A stretch of DNA of 64,000 nt from positions 5,056,001 through 5,120,000 of the forward strand of contig OZ241867.1 of the NCBI GenBank assembly GCA_965203175.1. The letters are read 5' to 3'. Positions within the stretch are counted from its first letter, which is position 1. Every line of letters starts with the position of its first letter. Under the pieces are notes generated by a model. The model saw nothing but the letters and a program-made list of their open reading frames with translations, had not been told where the DNA came from and searched no databases. The stretch comes from Candidatus Latescibacterota bacterium. GTDB taxonomy: Bacteria; Latescibacterota; UBA2968; UBA8231. A program made the translations under genes and the position numbers. This document shows positions 18,492 through 27,680 of this stretch, piece after piece.

Positions 18492-19559
18492 ATGCGCATC
18501 ACCCGCGTCGAAACCCTAGTCGTGAGGCTACCCGGAAAAGGAGAAACCAGGGAGTGGCCCATCGTCCTCATCCACACCGATCAGGGTCTGCAAGGCATTG
18601 GCCGCGGCGGCGATCCACGGGTGATCGCCCGCGATCTGGTGCCCCTGCTCATAGGACGAGATCCGCTCAGCATTGCCCAGCTTTGGGAACAGATGTACGA
18701 AGCCGTGTGGCGCGGACCGGGCCGGTCGGCCATGTCCTCCATCGGGGCCATAGACGTGGCCTTGTGGGATCTGTGCGGCAAGATCTGCGGACAACCAGTG
18801 TGGCGGCTCTTGGGTGGGTACCGGGACAAGATCCCGGTGTACGCGGACGGAGCCGGATATCAAAATGCGCCGGATCAGTCCCCACAGGGCATAGCAACCG
18901 AGGTCAAAAAATTCATCGACCTGGGTTATGACGCCGTCAAAATCCACATGTACCGGGCTGCCAATCCCGAGGAAGTAGTAGAGCGAGTACAGCGTTCACG
19001 CGAGTTGATTGGTCCGCGCAAGAAGCTGATGATCGACGTGCACCACGCCTGGGACGGAGACGAGGCCGTGGCGACCGCCCGCCAACTCGAAGACTACCAA
19101 CTCTACTGGATTGAGGAACCAGTGCGCCAAGACGACGAGCTGTCCTATATGCGCAAAGTCCAAGAGGTCACCACGGCCTTGGTGGTCGGCGGCGAAGGCG
19201 AGGGCACCCTCCACGGTATCAGGCGCTTGCTCGAAGCAGAAGCCCTTGAGGTGGTGCAGACCGATATCCTAACCGGCGGCGGCTATACTGGGCTCAAGCG
19301 GATCGCCGCTCTGGCCCAGGCTTTTGATGTCCTCATATCTCCGCACGGGGCGCAGTACCCGGACATCAACTGCCACCTGATGGCGGCCGTGCCCAACAGT
19401 TTAATCATGTCCACCTGTCCCGAAAGCGAGAGCCACCAGATCTGGTCCCGTCTGTACAATCCCCCTCTCAAAATCGAGAACGGGCACATCGCCATGCGCG
19501 AACAGCCCGGCCTGGGCTTGGAACTAGATTGGGAGTTTGTCGAGCGTCACCGGGTCTGA
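18492..19559 (+). CDS. Mandelate racemase/muconate lactonizing enzyme family (enolase superfamily)
   Basis: GAGGAG RBS. AIDVALWDL.GK..GQPVWRLLGG, metal ligands in MIDVH / WIEEP / GGEG, and PGLGLE. Confidence 0.85.
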   Translation: MRITRVETLVVRLPGKGETREWPIVLIHTDQGLQGIGRGGDPRVIARDLVPLLIGRDPLSIAQLWEQMYEAVWRGPGRSAMSSIGAIDVALWDLCGKICGQPVWRLLGGYRDKIPVYADGAGYQNAPDQSPQGIATEVKKFIDLGYDAVKIHMYRAANPEEVVERVQRSRELIGPRKKLMIDVHHAWDGDEAVATARQLEDYQLYWIEEPVRQDDELSYMRKVQEVTTALVVGGEGEGTLHGIRRLLEAEALEVVQTDILTGGGYTGLKRIAALAQAFDVLISPHGAQYPDINCHLMAAVPNSLIMSTCPESESHQIWSRLYNPPLKIENGHIAMREQPGLGLELDWEFVERHRV

Positions 19560-20470
19560 TTGCCGTCCCGTCCCAAAACGGCCTTCACCCGTTCCAGTTC
19601 CTCCCCCACCAAGCCTGTTCCATTGGACGCTCCGGCGTTCATTTCCAACTGCTCCATTTGCTTGGCCCCGGCGATGATGGTGGACACTACTGGATAACTC
19701 AGGAGGTACTGGAGGGCGGCCTGGGCCTGGCTGCGCCCCACCCGCTCGAGGAATCGGAGGTCTTCCACTTTCCGCAAAATGATGTGGGCGTCCACCACCG
19801 CCCCCTGTTCGTGCCAGCCACTGCCCGTGAAGGCGTCGGCCGCGTACTTGCCGCTTACCAAGCCCCGGGCCAAACCCTGTTTGACCACGACGCCCACATC
19901 CCGCTCGGCCACCAACCCGAACATGGCGTCCGCCATATCGTGGTAGAGCATGTGGAAGGTGGGCTGCAGCGAGTCAATCAGATCCTGTTCCAGCAGCCAG
20001 ACACCGGCGTCGATGTGGTTGACACTGGCCCCCCAGTAGCGAATCTTGCCCTGCTCCTTCAGGCTCTGCATGGTCTCCAGCCAATTGTTCTCCTGCAAAT
20101 GATGAAGCTGTGGACTGTGCAGTTGGTACACATCGATATAATCCGTCTGCAGCCGGCGCAAACTCGCCTCTACCGCCTCTTCAATATGCCCGGGAGAAAT
20201 ATCTCGTCCCTCTCGGGGGATGACACTGCCGACCTTGGTCGCCAGAATCATCCGGTCGCGGCGTCCCTTCAGCGCCTTTCCCAATATGACCTCACTCCTC
20301 CCTTCCTGGTACACGTCCGCTGTATCGACGCAATTGATGCCCAGTTCCATGGCCCGATACACCATGGCGATGTGCTCGGACTCGGTCAGCTCCTGCCGGC
20401 CCAGCATATTGGTACCATAGCCGATTTCGGACACCTTTAGTTCAGTCCTGCCCAATCTTCGGTAGTGCAT
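19547..20470 (-). CDS. Aldo/keto reductase
   Basis: YRRLGRT.LKVSEIGYG, DTADVY, ATK, SLRRLQTDYIDVYQLH and GKIRYWG.S. Confidence 0.9.
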   Translation of the reverse strand: MHYRRLGRTELKVSEIGYGTNMLGRQELTESEHIAMVYRAMELGINCVDTADVYQEGRSEVILGKALKGRRDRMILATKVGSVIPREGRDISPGHIEEAVEASLRRLQTDYIDVYQLHSPQLHHLQENNWLETMQSLKEQGKIRYWGASVNHIDAGVWLLEQDLIDSLQPTFHMLYHDMADAMFGLVAERDVGVVVKQGLARGLVSGKYAADAFTGSGWHEQGAVVDAHIILRKVEDLRFLERVGRSQAQAALQYLLSYPVVSTIIAGAKQMEQLEMNAGASNGTGLVGEELERVKAVLGRDGNQTR

Positions 20471-20481
20471 ATTCACCTCGC

Positions 20482-22443
20482 TCAGAAATAGACTAGAATA
20501 TTTCCCTGCATACCCGTCGAACTATCAATTAGAAACCACGCACCGCCCGCAGCCACATTGCCCAGAACCAATCCTAGGAAAAATGGCTGAATTCGTCTGT
20601 ACAATCCAGGCCCCCCGTACTTCAAAACCATGCTCTTGAAGAACCACACCAAGAAGACGCTCACCCAGATCTGGTTCGTAACCCAAGTTGTGGCGATGGG
20701 AAAGCCGACCGGATGCAGCGGCCACCACAAAAAGTAGTGCCGCGCCAGCATCAGCAACACCATGACCCCGCCACCCACGGCCACGTAAAACCACCCCTCC
20801 CAGTTCACCGCCATCGGGTTGGCGATCCATCCCGCTACATCTTGAAAGGGCTTTTGCGACCCCACGAAGAAGTACTGGTTCAGGTTGATGCCGCCGTAGG
20901 TATAAGCCTGGCGGAGGAGGTACCAGGTCGAGCCGACCAAACTGATGACCACGGCCCATACCATCGCCCAGAACAGCCGCGCTCCACCACCCTGCGCGTG
21001 CAGTTCCCCGTCTAGCTTTAGCCCGTTGGCGCACGCGGCCATGGCGAAAATGCGCACCTTCAAAATCCACGCGTACGTCATGCCCAGCGCCGCCAAGCCC
21101 TCCGCGCCGATAGCCGTGGTTCCCACCGTGGAAGTCATAAAGGCCTGTGGATAAATCGGCGCCCGGATGGTCGCCAAGCCCGCCTCAGCCACAAAGCGGC
21201 TCAACCCCACGAATAGGACGAAGACCACGAACAAAAACCAAGGCACCAACCAACCCGGCAGTCCCGACAGGGTCAGCCACACGCCTAGGATAGCCAAGCC
21301 GATAATCGTCCCAAACACCGCGGTGCGATAGGAGAGCATTTCCCCAGAATCGTCCACTGTCGCGTCCCCTAGAAAAGCTTTGCGACACACGGCCCGCAGG
21401 TGATTGCGTCCCACCCATAGACTAAAGAGCACAAAGGCAATCAGGGCACCCATGCCCTCGTGGGCGGCAATCGCCTCCGAAGTGGCGTACCCGGTCAGTC
21501 GCTCTGTCATGGCAATGCCCAGGACGCTGAAAAGGCCCTGTTGAGCTGTGGTCAAAAGAAAAAAGACCCAGATGCTCAGGAGCACTTGCAGGTTGACGAA
21601 ATAAGCAAACCCCAAGGTCATAAAGCTGAGGGCGAGGCGCAGGCTCACTTGGTCGCGGAGCACGGGGATACTGGTGTCGAGGACTATCGCGGGGATGAAA
21701 TTGTAATAGCTGTGCAGAGCGTCGAGACTCAGCAGTGCGAATGGTATAGAAAACCCCAGCCACATGATGGGATTGCGGAAAAACGGCCGCATCAGCGAGC
21801 CGTCCTCCGCGATCATCTCCAAGGGCAGCTTCACCAGCGGATATACCAAGCGCTCGTGGTCGATCCACTGCCGCCGCAGAATGACCATCGTACACACCAT
21901 CACGAAACACAAGGTCAAAAAGAACAGCGCCCAGTAGCACAGCGGTTGTATCCACGCTCCCCACGGAATGGAGGCCCCGGCTGGCGCGCCCTCGAAAAAG
22001 TGCTGCACAGCCTCGCCATCTAACGGCGCGATCCACCCCTTCATGTACGGGTGGATCAGGTCCACCCAGTCGTTCTCGGGCGTGGCGTAGTAGAACACAC
22101 TGGCGATTTTGGGCACCATGTGCTCGACATAGCCCTCTGTCGGCACGGTAGCCGCCATCATCGCCATGATGAAGACGATCCCCATCTCGGCGCGGCTCAA
22201 CATCAGCCGTCGATGGACCAGACCGAGGAGGGGATTGACCAGACCTGCGAAGAGCGCAAAGACGAAAAAGGCGATGGGCACGCTGATATTGAGGGCCATC
22301 CACGAGGCGTTGATAAAGGTCGAGTGCAGCGCGCCGATCGCAGCACCCAGCGAGAGGACGCAGCCCCAAAAAAATGCCTTGCAACTCAGACCGGAGGATG
22401 CAGTTGGCGGTTTGGAATCCCGAGGCACCGGCTGCTGGCTCAT
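20482..22443 (-). CDS. Large multi-pass inner-membrane protein (DUF6785-like putative transporter), paralog B
   Basis: Start MSQQPV after GAGG. Long identical blocks are shared with 10206..12149 (e.g. ALHSTFINASWMALNISVPIA, ATVPTEGYVEHMVPKIASV). Confidence 0.7.
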   Translation of the reverse strand: MSQQPVPRDSKPPTASSGLSCKAFFWGCVLSLGAAIGALHSTFINASWMALNISVPIAFFVFALFAGLVNPLLGLVHRRLMLSRAEMGIVFIMAMMAATVPTEGYVEHMVPKIASVFYYATPENDWVDLIHPYMKGWIAPLDGEAVQHFFEGAPAGASIPWGAWIQPLCYWALFFLTLCFVMVCTMVILRRQWIDHERLVYPLVKLPLEMIAEDGSLMRPFFRNPIMWLGFSIPFALLSLDALHSYYNFIPAIVLDTSIPVLRDQVSLRLALSFMTLGFAYFVNLQVLLSIWVFFLLTTAQQGLFSVLGIAMTERLTGYATSEAIAAHEGMGALIAFVLFSLWVGRNHLRAVCRKAFLGDATVDDSGEMLSYRTAVFGTIIGLAILGVWLTLSGLPGWLVPWFLFVVFVLFVGLSRFVAEAGLATIRAPIYPQAFMTSTVGTTAIGAEGLAALGMTYAWILKVRIFAMAACANGLKLDGELHAQGGGARLFWAMVWAVVISLVGSTWYLLRQAYTYGGINLNQYFFVGSQKPFQDVAGWIANPMAVNWEGWFYVAVGGGVMVLLMLARHYFLWWPLHPVGFPIATTWVTNQIWVSVFLVWFFKSMVLKYGGPGLYRRIQPFFLGLVLGNVAAGGAWFLIDSSTGMQGNILVYF

Positions 22444-22453
22444 CGCATGGACC

Positions 22454-23221
22454 TCAGTTTTTAATGGGTTCTCGCTCTCCGCGGGGGTAGTAATAGCCAA
22501 TCTCGCGGTCAAAGGCGTACTCGATGTCGATCATTTCGATCGGTTCATCGCGGAAGTTAAAACGCAGGGCTATATCGCCGAGGCGCAGGCGCACTTTGCG
22601 GACCTCTGGATGGAGGTCTGCAAAGGCGAGGAAGCCTTCGACCTCCTGTCCGCTGAAGACCACCCCGCCAGGGTACAGCGTTCTGCTCAGCAAATCCTTC
22701 CGGCCTTGGAAAGTGGTGTAGAGTTGGCCGACATAACCGGTGATGTACTTGCGGTAGTACTCCTCCATATCGGTCTGGCTCAGCACTGGATAGCGGCGGC
22801 CGTTATCGCTGATGATACCGCTCTTTGCCGGATCGATCAGGATTTTCGGGTACTGATAGTTCTTGACTTTGAGCTGGAAGACGGTAAAGCGCCGGGGCGT
22901 CGTGCCCGTGGAGGGGTCGCGCCAATTGCCAAAGGTATAGGGGTTGGTCGATTCCGTGCCCTGGAGGGATTGAGCGGGGAACAGCCTGTTCAGTTCGCCG
23001 TCGGAAAACGGCCGCACCGATATCTCCAGCCGATCGGCCACATAGGTGACCGTCCCATCGTCGCTGACGATCATCCCAGCAGCTTGGCCCTCTTCATCGA
23101 GAGGACGCAGCGGGTCGGCGTAGTATTGATAGCCGTACCTACAGCTAGCAAGACCCAGCGCTAGGACGAGAATACACGCCCATCGTCTATAGCCAAAAGA
23201 AATCAAAGCGCGCATCGGCAA
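22454..23221 (-). CDS. Uncharacterised lipoprotein
   Basis: Hydrophobic stretch ending in LGLASC followed by a soluble beta-rich region. Tightly coupled in the operon. Confidence 0.65.
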   Translation of the reverse strand: MPMRALISFGYRRWACILVLALGLASCRYGYQYYADPLRPLDEEGQAAGMIVSDDGTVTYVADRLEISVRPFSDGELNRLFPAQSLQGTESTNPYTFGNWRDPSTGTTPRRFTVFQLKVKNYQYPKILIDPAKSGIISDNGRRYPVLSQTDMEEYYRKYITGYVGQLYTTFQGRKDLLSRTLYPGGVVFSGQEVEGFLAFADLHPEVRKVRLRLGDIALRFNFRDEPIEMIDIEYAFDREIGYYYPRGEREPIKN

Positions 23222-23230
23222 TGCCTTTTT

Positions 23231-25069
23231 CTAGTATGCTACGGCCACCGCGCCACCGCGAACCTGCGCGCCGACGGCGGCGTCCATTAAAACCCGATAA
23301 ATGTACACCCCCGGTGGTACTAGTCGCCCCGCCCCATCCCTACCGTCCCAGACTACGCGGCCGAAACCGCTGGACTGGGACATCGCTTGGCTCCAGACGA
23401 GACGGCCGGAGAGGTCATGGACTGCGAGTTCAACAGGAACGGGTACCGTGGCCTGGAACAGGTTATACGTGAACTCCGCCCAATCGTTCACGCCATCCCC
23501 GTTGGGCGTAAAGGGATTGGGATGGATCTTCACCTCAGCCAGCAACTCCCCCTGCTCCTTTGGGGAAAACCCGACGAGCAAATCCTCTGAATTGAGGTCA
23601 ATGTGCACATCGCCGGGAACAATTGGCTGGGGCATCTCGTCGCGTTTGCTGTTGAAAACTCGGCCCTCAAAGCGCGTGCCCGAGACAAAAACGCGGCAGT
23701 CGAAATCGACTTCGATTAGGATCGCATCCCGGTCGATCAAGCGCTCGGGAAAAGAGACGCGCAGGCGGTTTTCCTCCACTTCGGCGATAAAATCGTCCGA
23801 GCTTATGCCAGCGATCCGCACCTCTTGCACCACCGCGGCAGTAGGTGTGGCGATCTCCACTCCGTCGAAACCGGGGTCTCCAGGATCCACGCGCGGCCTC
23901 AGCGCATAGGTGAAGCGCACTAGTTCGCCCGGGGAGACGAGCGCGGGCCAGATCTCGCCGGCGACCTGCTCGACCAAAGGCGGAGAAAACTCAACCGAGA
24001 GGGAATCAATGCGGGAACGCGACAGCGGCAGCGCGCTGGCAAAGTCGATCTCAAACTGGAAATAGCGAGCAGGTTTGGGGGCGACCAAGGGTTCCCTCCC
24101 AGTGGACGGATAGGGCGCAGACCACGGAGTCCAATTTTCCGTATCGGCTACAATAGGGCCCCTCGCCTTGGGGTGCAGCGCGTCGTATGCGCTGCGCGAT
24201 ACGGCCTGTTGGCCGTTTTGTCCTATGCCCGTAAAGCTGAGGTAGATATTCGGATCGGGCGTCGAGCCGCTTCGCGTGCGAATCTGCAGGGCACTGCCGG
24301 GATCGTCCACCGCATCCCAAGTCATAGCCCCCAGAACGACCGGCTCGCCAAAGTCGATGATGTCGGATGTAAAGGTGGCTGAGGAGGCATATCCCCTGCC
24401 CCAGACCTCCACCTCGCTGAGTTGCCAGAGACGAGCACTGGGCAAGCTGATCGTATCGGACAGAGCCACATAGCGCACCAAGCGCGGCGGAATTTCGATG
24501 TGCGCTGTATCTCCCTCGGTCTGCTCCACCTCGGCTACCAGCTCCCACTCGCGCACGAACCAGTGCCAGTTTCTCTGCCTTTGGGGAAAGGCAACGGGCT
24601 GCTTGCCGTCTTGGATGAAAACTTGGAACCCTTCGATAAAGCGGAACTCAAGTCCTTCGACCGCCGAAAAACCAATGCGATCTACGCCGAATGGTGCCCC
24701 CAAATCGACGACTAGGACAACGGCGAAAAAGGGGTCGTTCTCGCGCGTATTGACGATATCGAGTTCGATGGGGGGCCAGCCACTCAAACGGTCGCCGTCC
24801 ACTACATTTTTCAGGCTCTCGAATTTCCGCCAAGTGTAGTTGGTCAGCACCCGCGCCGAGTCCAACTGGCGCAGGTTGAGGGCTAGGTTCTCGCCCGACA
24901 CTTCGAGCGGCTCTAGCCAGCCGGAACTCTGCTCGTCGCTCAACAACTCCAAGGTGCCGACGGTATTCCAGGGACGTTCCTGCCCGCCGACTGTCCAGAG
25001 GTCCACGGCTGTAGCCCGTACCCAAAGGCCCAAGACGAGGAACAGAGTAGCAGTGCGTCTTCTGGCCAT
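23231..25069 (-). CDS. Secreted protein with discoidin/galactose-binding-like region and C-terminal FlgD-Ig / T9SS type-B-like domain
   Basis: Signal peptide. VVDLG...LSEVEVWG, then PNPFTPNGDGVND...WDGRDGAGRLVPPGVYIYRV...VAVAY*. Confidence 0.7.
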   Translation of the reverse strand: MARRRTATLFLVLGLWVRATAVDLWTVGGQERPWNTVGTLELLSDEQSSGWLEPLEVSGENLALNLRQLDSARVLTNYTWRKFESLKNVVDGDRLSGWPPIELDIVNTRENDPFFAVVLVVDLGAPFGVDRIGFSAVEGLEFRFIEGFQVFIQDGKQPVAFPQRQRNWHWFVREWELVAEVEQTEGDTAHIEIPPRLVRYVALSDTISLPSARLWQLSEVEVWGRGYASSATFTSDIIDFGEPVVLGAMTWDAVDDPGSALQIRTRSGSTPDPNIYLSFTGIGQNGQQAVSRSAYDALHPKARGPIVADTENWTPWSAPYPSTGREPLVAPKPARYFQFEIDFASALPLSRSRIDSLSVEFSPPLVEQVAGEIWPALVSPGELVRFTYALRPRVDPGDPGFDGVEIATPTAAVVQEVRIAGISSDDFIAEVEENRLRVSFPERLIDRDAILIEVDFDCRVFVSGTRFEGRVFNSKRDEMPQPIVPGDVHIDLNSEDLLVGFSPKEQGELLAEVKIHPNPFTPNGDGVNDWAEFTYNLFQATVPVPVELAVHDLSGRLVWSQAMSQSSGFGRVVWDGRDGAGRLVPPGVYIYRVLMDAAVGAQVRGGAVAVAY

Positions 25070-27669
25070 CAGTCCAGTCCGGCGAATATGACGAGGAACG
25101 ATTCGACGCGGTTTTGTTCCCGGTCCTCAAAGCGCTGCTGCTGCACTTGCGTCCCCAAGTTTATGGTCACCTGATATCCGAGGTACGCCTGGGTAACGGA
25201 TAGCTGCAGCGCGCCGACCCAACCCCAAAAATCGAGCTGCGCTCCAGGTTTGTCGGCCCAATCCCAGAATTTGGTCAATTCCGTGCCGCCTTCCAGTTCG
25301 AGATTGGGCATCAACTGCACCGCCAGCGTCAGAAAGAGGATCTCAGACAGGTCGTTTTTGCTGCCCTCACTTTCCAGATAGGCGGTCTGGCGTCGGTACA
25401 TGCTCTTCAATTTGGGGTGGAATACCAGTGCTTCCGTGAGTTGGAAAGAGTAGTCGAGTTTGTGGATCAGTCCGAGGAAATGGGAATCGTCGATGATCTC
25501 CGGTTCTTCCCCGGGCCGGGTGAGCCGGGCGACATTGTCGCCGCGCTGAGCGAGGCCCTCGTATTTGACCTTGGCCGACGTGTTGAAGCGGCCCCAAGCC
25601 TGGTCGAAACCAATAAAAACCGAGTTGACGACCGCGTTTTGGGCCAGCATGGGGTCTTCAAAGGGAAATTCGCTCACGCCGAACGTACCCGGCGGCTGCG
25701 TCCAAAACAACTGGTCGTCAATGATGTTGTCTTCGACGAACTTGAGCTGGTAGAAAAAGCGGAATTGGCCCAACGCGACCCGGTCTTGCTGCATTTTGAA
25801 GAGCAGATAGGAGAAGCGACTGCGGCGATCGGCTGACAACAGCCACTGGTTTGAATAGCCTCCTAATAGCTGGACCCCGGGGAAGATATTGATGCCTAGG
25901 TATCCATTGTACCCTCGGTGGTCCCGTTGGAACGGATAGTCGGCCTCGTCGTCATCCTCAAAGCGGTCGATTAGGGTGTTGTTGTCCATGTCGATACCAA
26001 AGAGGAATTCGGGCGGATCCACGGTGTAGCGGAGGAAGGGTTCGTCGTAATCGGGTCGGGTGTTGTCGTTCTGGTTGAAATCCGAGATAAAATCGTTGTT
26101 CTCGTCCAAGCCGGGAAATATCCCGCCTCTGGGGCCGCCGGAGATGGACCGGCGCTGACTTTCGTTGGGTTGCTGGGCCCGGCGCCAGTCGGGAAAGCGA
26201 TCTTGGTCATCGTTGTCGTCGACAAATTCATACACGCCGCGCAGCTTGTTGGTGTAGTCGAGCTTGCCCTGCTGATCCTGGATGTACATAGACGTGGAGT
26301 AGTCCTGGTCCACGCTGAAAATTTCGCCGTACGCAAACCACGGATAGTACCGACTCGTAGTGCGCGCGGTCAGGTATCCAACTTGAGCGGTGTTTGCGGC
26401 CCGCACATGCCTTTCGAAATTCACATTGGGCAGGCGGCGCCACTGATTGTTGTTATTCCACTCGGCCATGATGTCGAGTCCGGCGACATCCTGGACCTCA
26501 AGCGTCAGACCGTAGATTTCGTTGGCCGTCGGCAGGCCGTAGTCAAAGCGGACGAGACGCTGGTTGGAGCCGTCTTGGACATTCCGCGCGGACTTAGCCA
26601 CGGGCAGGTACACGGGTTGGTCCGAGAAATCGGTCTGTAGGTTGGAAGTCACCTCCACCAAGTAATCATTGGCCAATACCAGTTCAAAGACTAGCTTGCG
26701 GATCAATTCGGGCTGGGCAAACGCGTAGGTCAGGACGATCTGCTCGGCTCCGTCGGCGACCAAGGCTCCGCGGCGCGGCGTGCCGCCCTCGACTAGGGGG
26801 ACAATATCGAGAGGTTCGGTGTCTGCATTCGCCAAGACGCGCTCGGAAAAGAGAATAGCGCCCCCCTTGCCGTCCTCCGGTGAATCGTCGCTGATGCGGA
26901 TTTGCACTTGGCGGATGACGTCGCGATTCTGCTCGGTCGTCAAGTTTCCCGCGCGGATCCCGGCCAGACTCAAATCCGGCGAGGTCCGCCCCAGATGGGC
27001 ATTGACGTACGTGCCACCCATCTGGACGAAATCCCCTATCTGCACCGTCGTCCTGAAGCCGAGCAAATTGTTGAAATCAGTGATCTTCGATTCGTTTACC
27101 TCTCCCCCTTCGAGCGCTATGGGCAGGTTGACCCGAGACATGAGCAAGGTCGCCGCGTATTTGTCCGACTGGAGATCGACCTGGACCCCATTGAAGGCTG
27201 GTTTGGAAAAAGTAAAAGGGGTCAGGGCCGTGCGGATCTCATCGCCGACCGTCACGGCAAAGTAGTACTGGCCCCTTTGCACCTGGGTCACAACCAGCCT
27301 GTTGAACCAAGAATTGAAGCGGCTGCTCTTGAGGATGTCGCTGCCAAAGGTCGTGGGCTGCTCCTGGGTCCAGCGGTAGATCTGCCAGCCCTCGGTCACG
27401 TAGTTCCCGTAGAGATCGTACCAGCGCGTGCCCTCCAGTTCGGTATCTACGTAGCGCTGGTAGGGAACTCTGGCGTAATTGGAATACTGCCACCAATCCC
27501 ACTTGTACTCGGCGTAGAGTTGCTGAGGGCGATACCACTTCTGGATAGTGGGATCAATGGCATCAAAAAAGGTCTGGGCCCCCGTCGGGTTCAGGGCCTG
27601 CGCCTGACACGCTGGCGGCACGGCCGCGAGCAAGGCCACGGTGATTGCGATGTATTTGCAGTAGGTCAC
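25069..27669 (-). CDS. Large secreted protein, probable outer-membrane beta-barrel with Asp-rich Ca-binding-like repeats
   Basis: A GTG start at 27669 gives a signal peptide (...LLAAVPPACQA). Amphipathic beta-strand pattern in the C-terminal third. DDNDDQD / DENND / DMDNN repeats. Confidence 0.55.
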   Translation of the reverse strand: MTYCKYIAITVALLAAVPPACQAQALNPTGAQTFFDAIDPTIQKWYRPQQLYAEYKWDWWQYSNYARVPYQRYVDTELEGTRWYDLYGNYVTEGWQIYRWTQEQPTTFGSDILKSSRFNSWFNRLVVTQVQRGQYYFAVTVGDEIRTALTPFTFSKPAFNGVQVDLQSDKYAATLLMSRVNLPIALEGGEVNESKITDFNNLLGFRTTVQIGDFVQMGGTYVNAHLGRTSPDLSLAGIRAGNLTTEQNRDVIRQVQIRISDDSPEDGKGGAILFSERVLANADTEPLDIVPLVEGGTPRRGALVADGAEQIVLTYAFAQPELIRKLVFELVLANDYLVEVTSNLQTDFSDQPVYLPVAKSARNVQDGSNQRLVRFDYGLPTANEIYGLTLEVQDVAGLDIMAEWNNNNQWRRLPNVNFERHVRAANTAQVGYLTARTTSRYYPWFAYGEIFSVDQDYSTSMYIQDQQGKLDYTNKLRGVYEFVDDNDDQDRFPDWRRAQQPNESQRRSISGGPRGGIFPGLDENNDFISDFNQNDNTRPDYDEPFLRYTVDPPEFLFGIDMDNNTLIDRFEDDDEADYPFQRDHRGYNGYLGINIFPGVQLLGGYSNQWLLSADRRSRFSYLLFKMQQDRVALGQFRFFYQLKFVEDNIIDDQLFWTQPPGTFGVSEFPFEDPMLAQNAVVNSVFIGFDQAWGRFNTSAKVKYEGLAQRGDNVARLTRPGEEPEIIDDSHFLGLIHKLDYSFQLTEALVFHPKLKSMYRRQTAYLESEGSKNDLSEILFLTLAVQLMPNLELEGGTELTKFWDWADKPGAQLDFWGWVGALQLSVTQAYLGYQVTINLGTQVQQQRFEDREQNRVESFLVIFAGLD

Positions 27670-27680
27670 AAAAAACCGCC

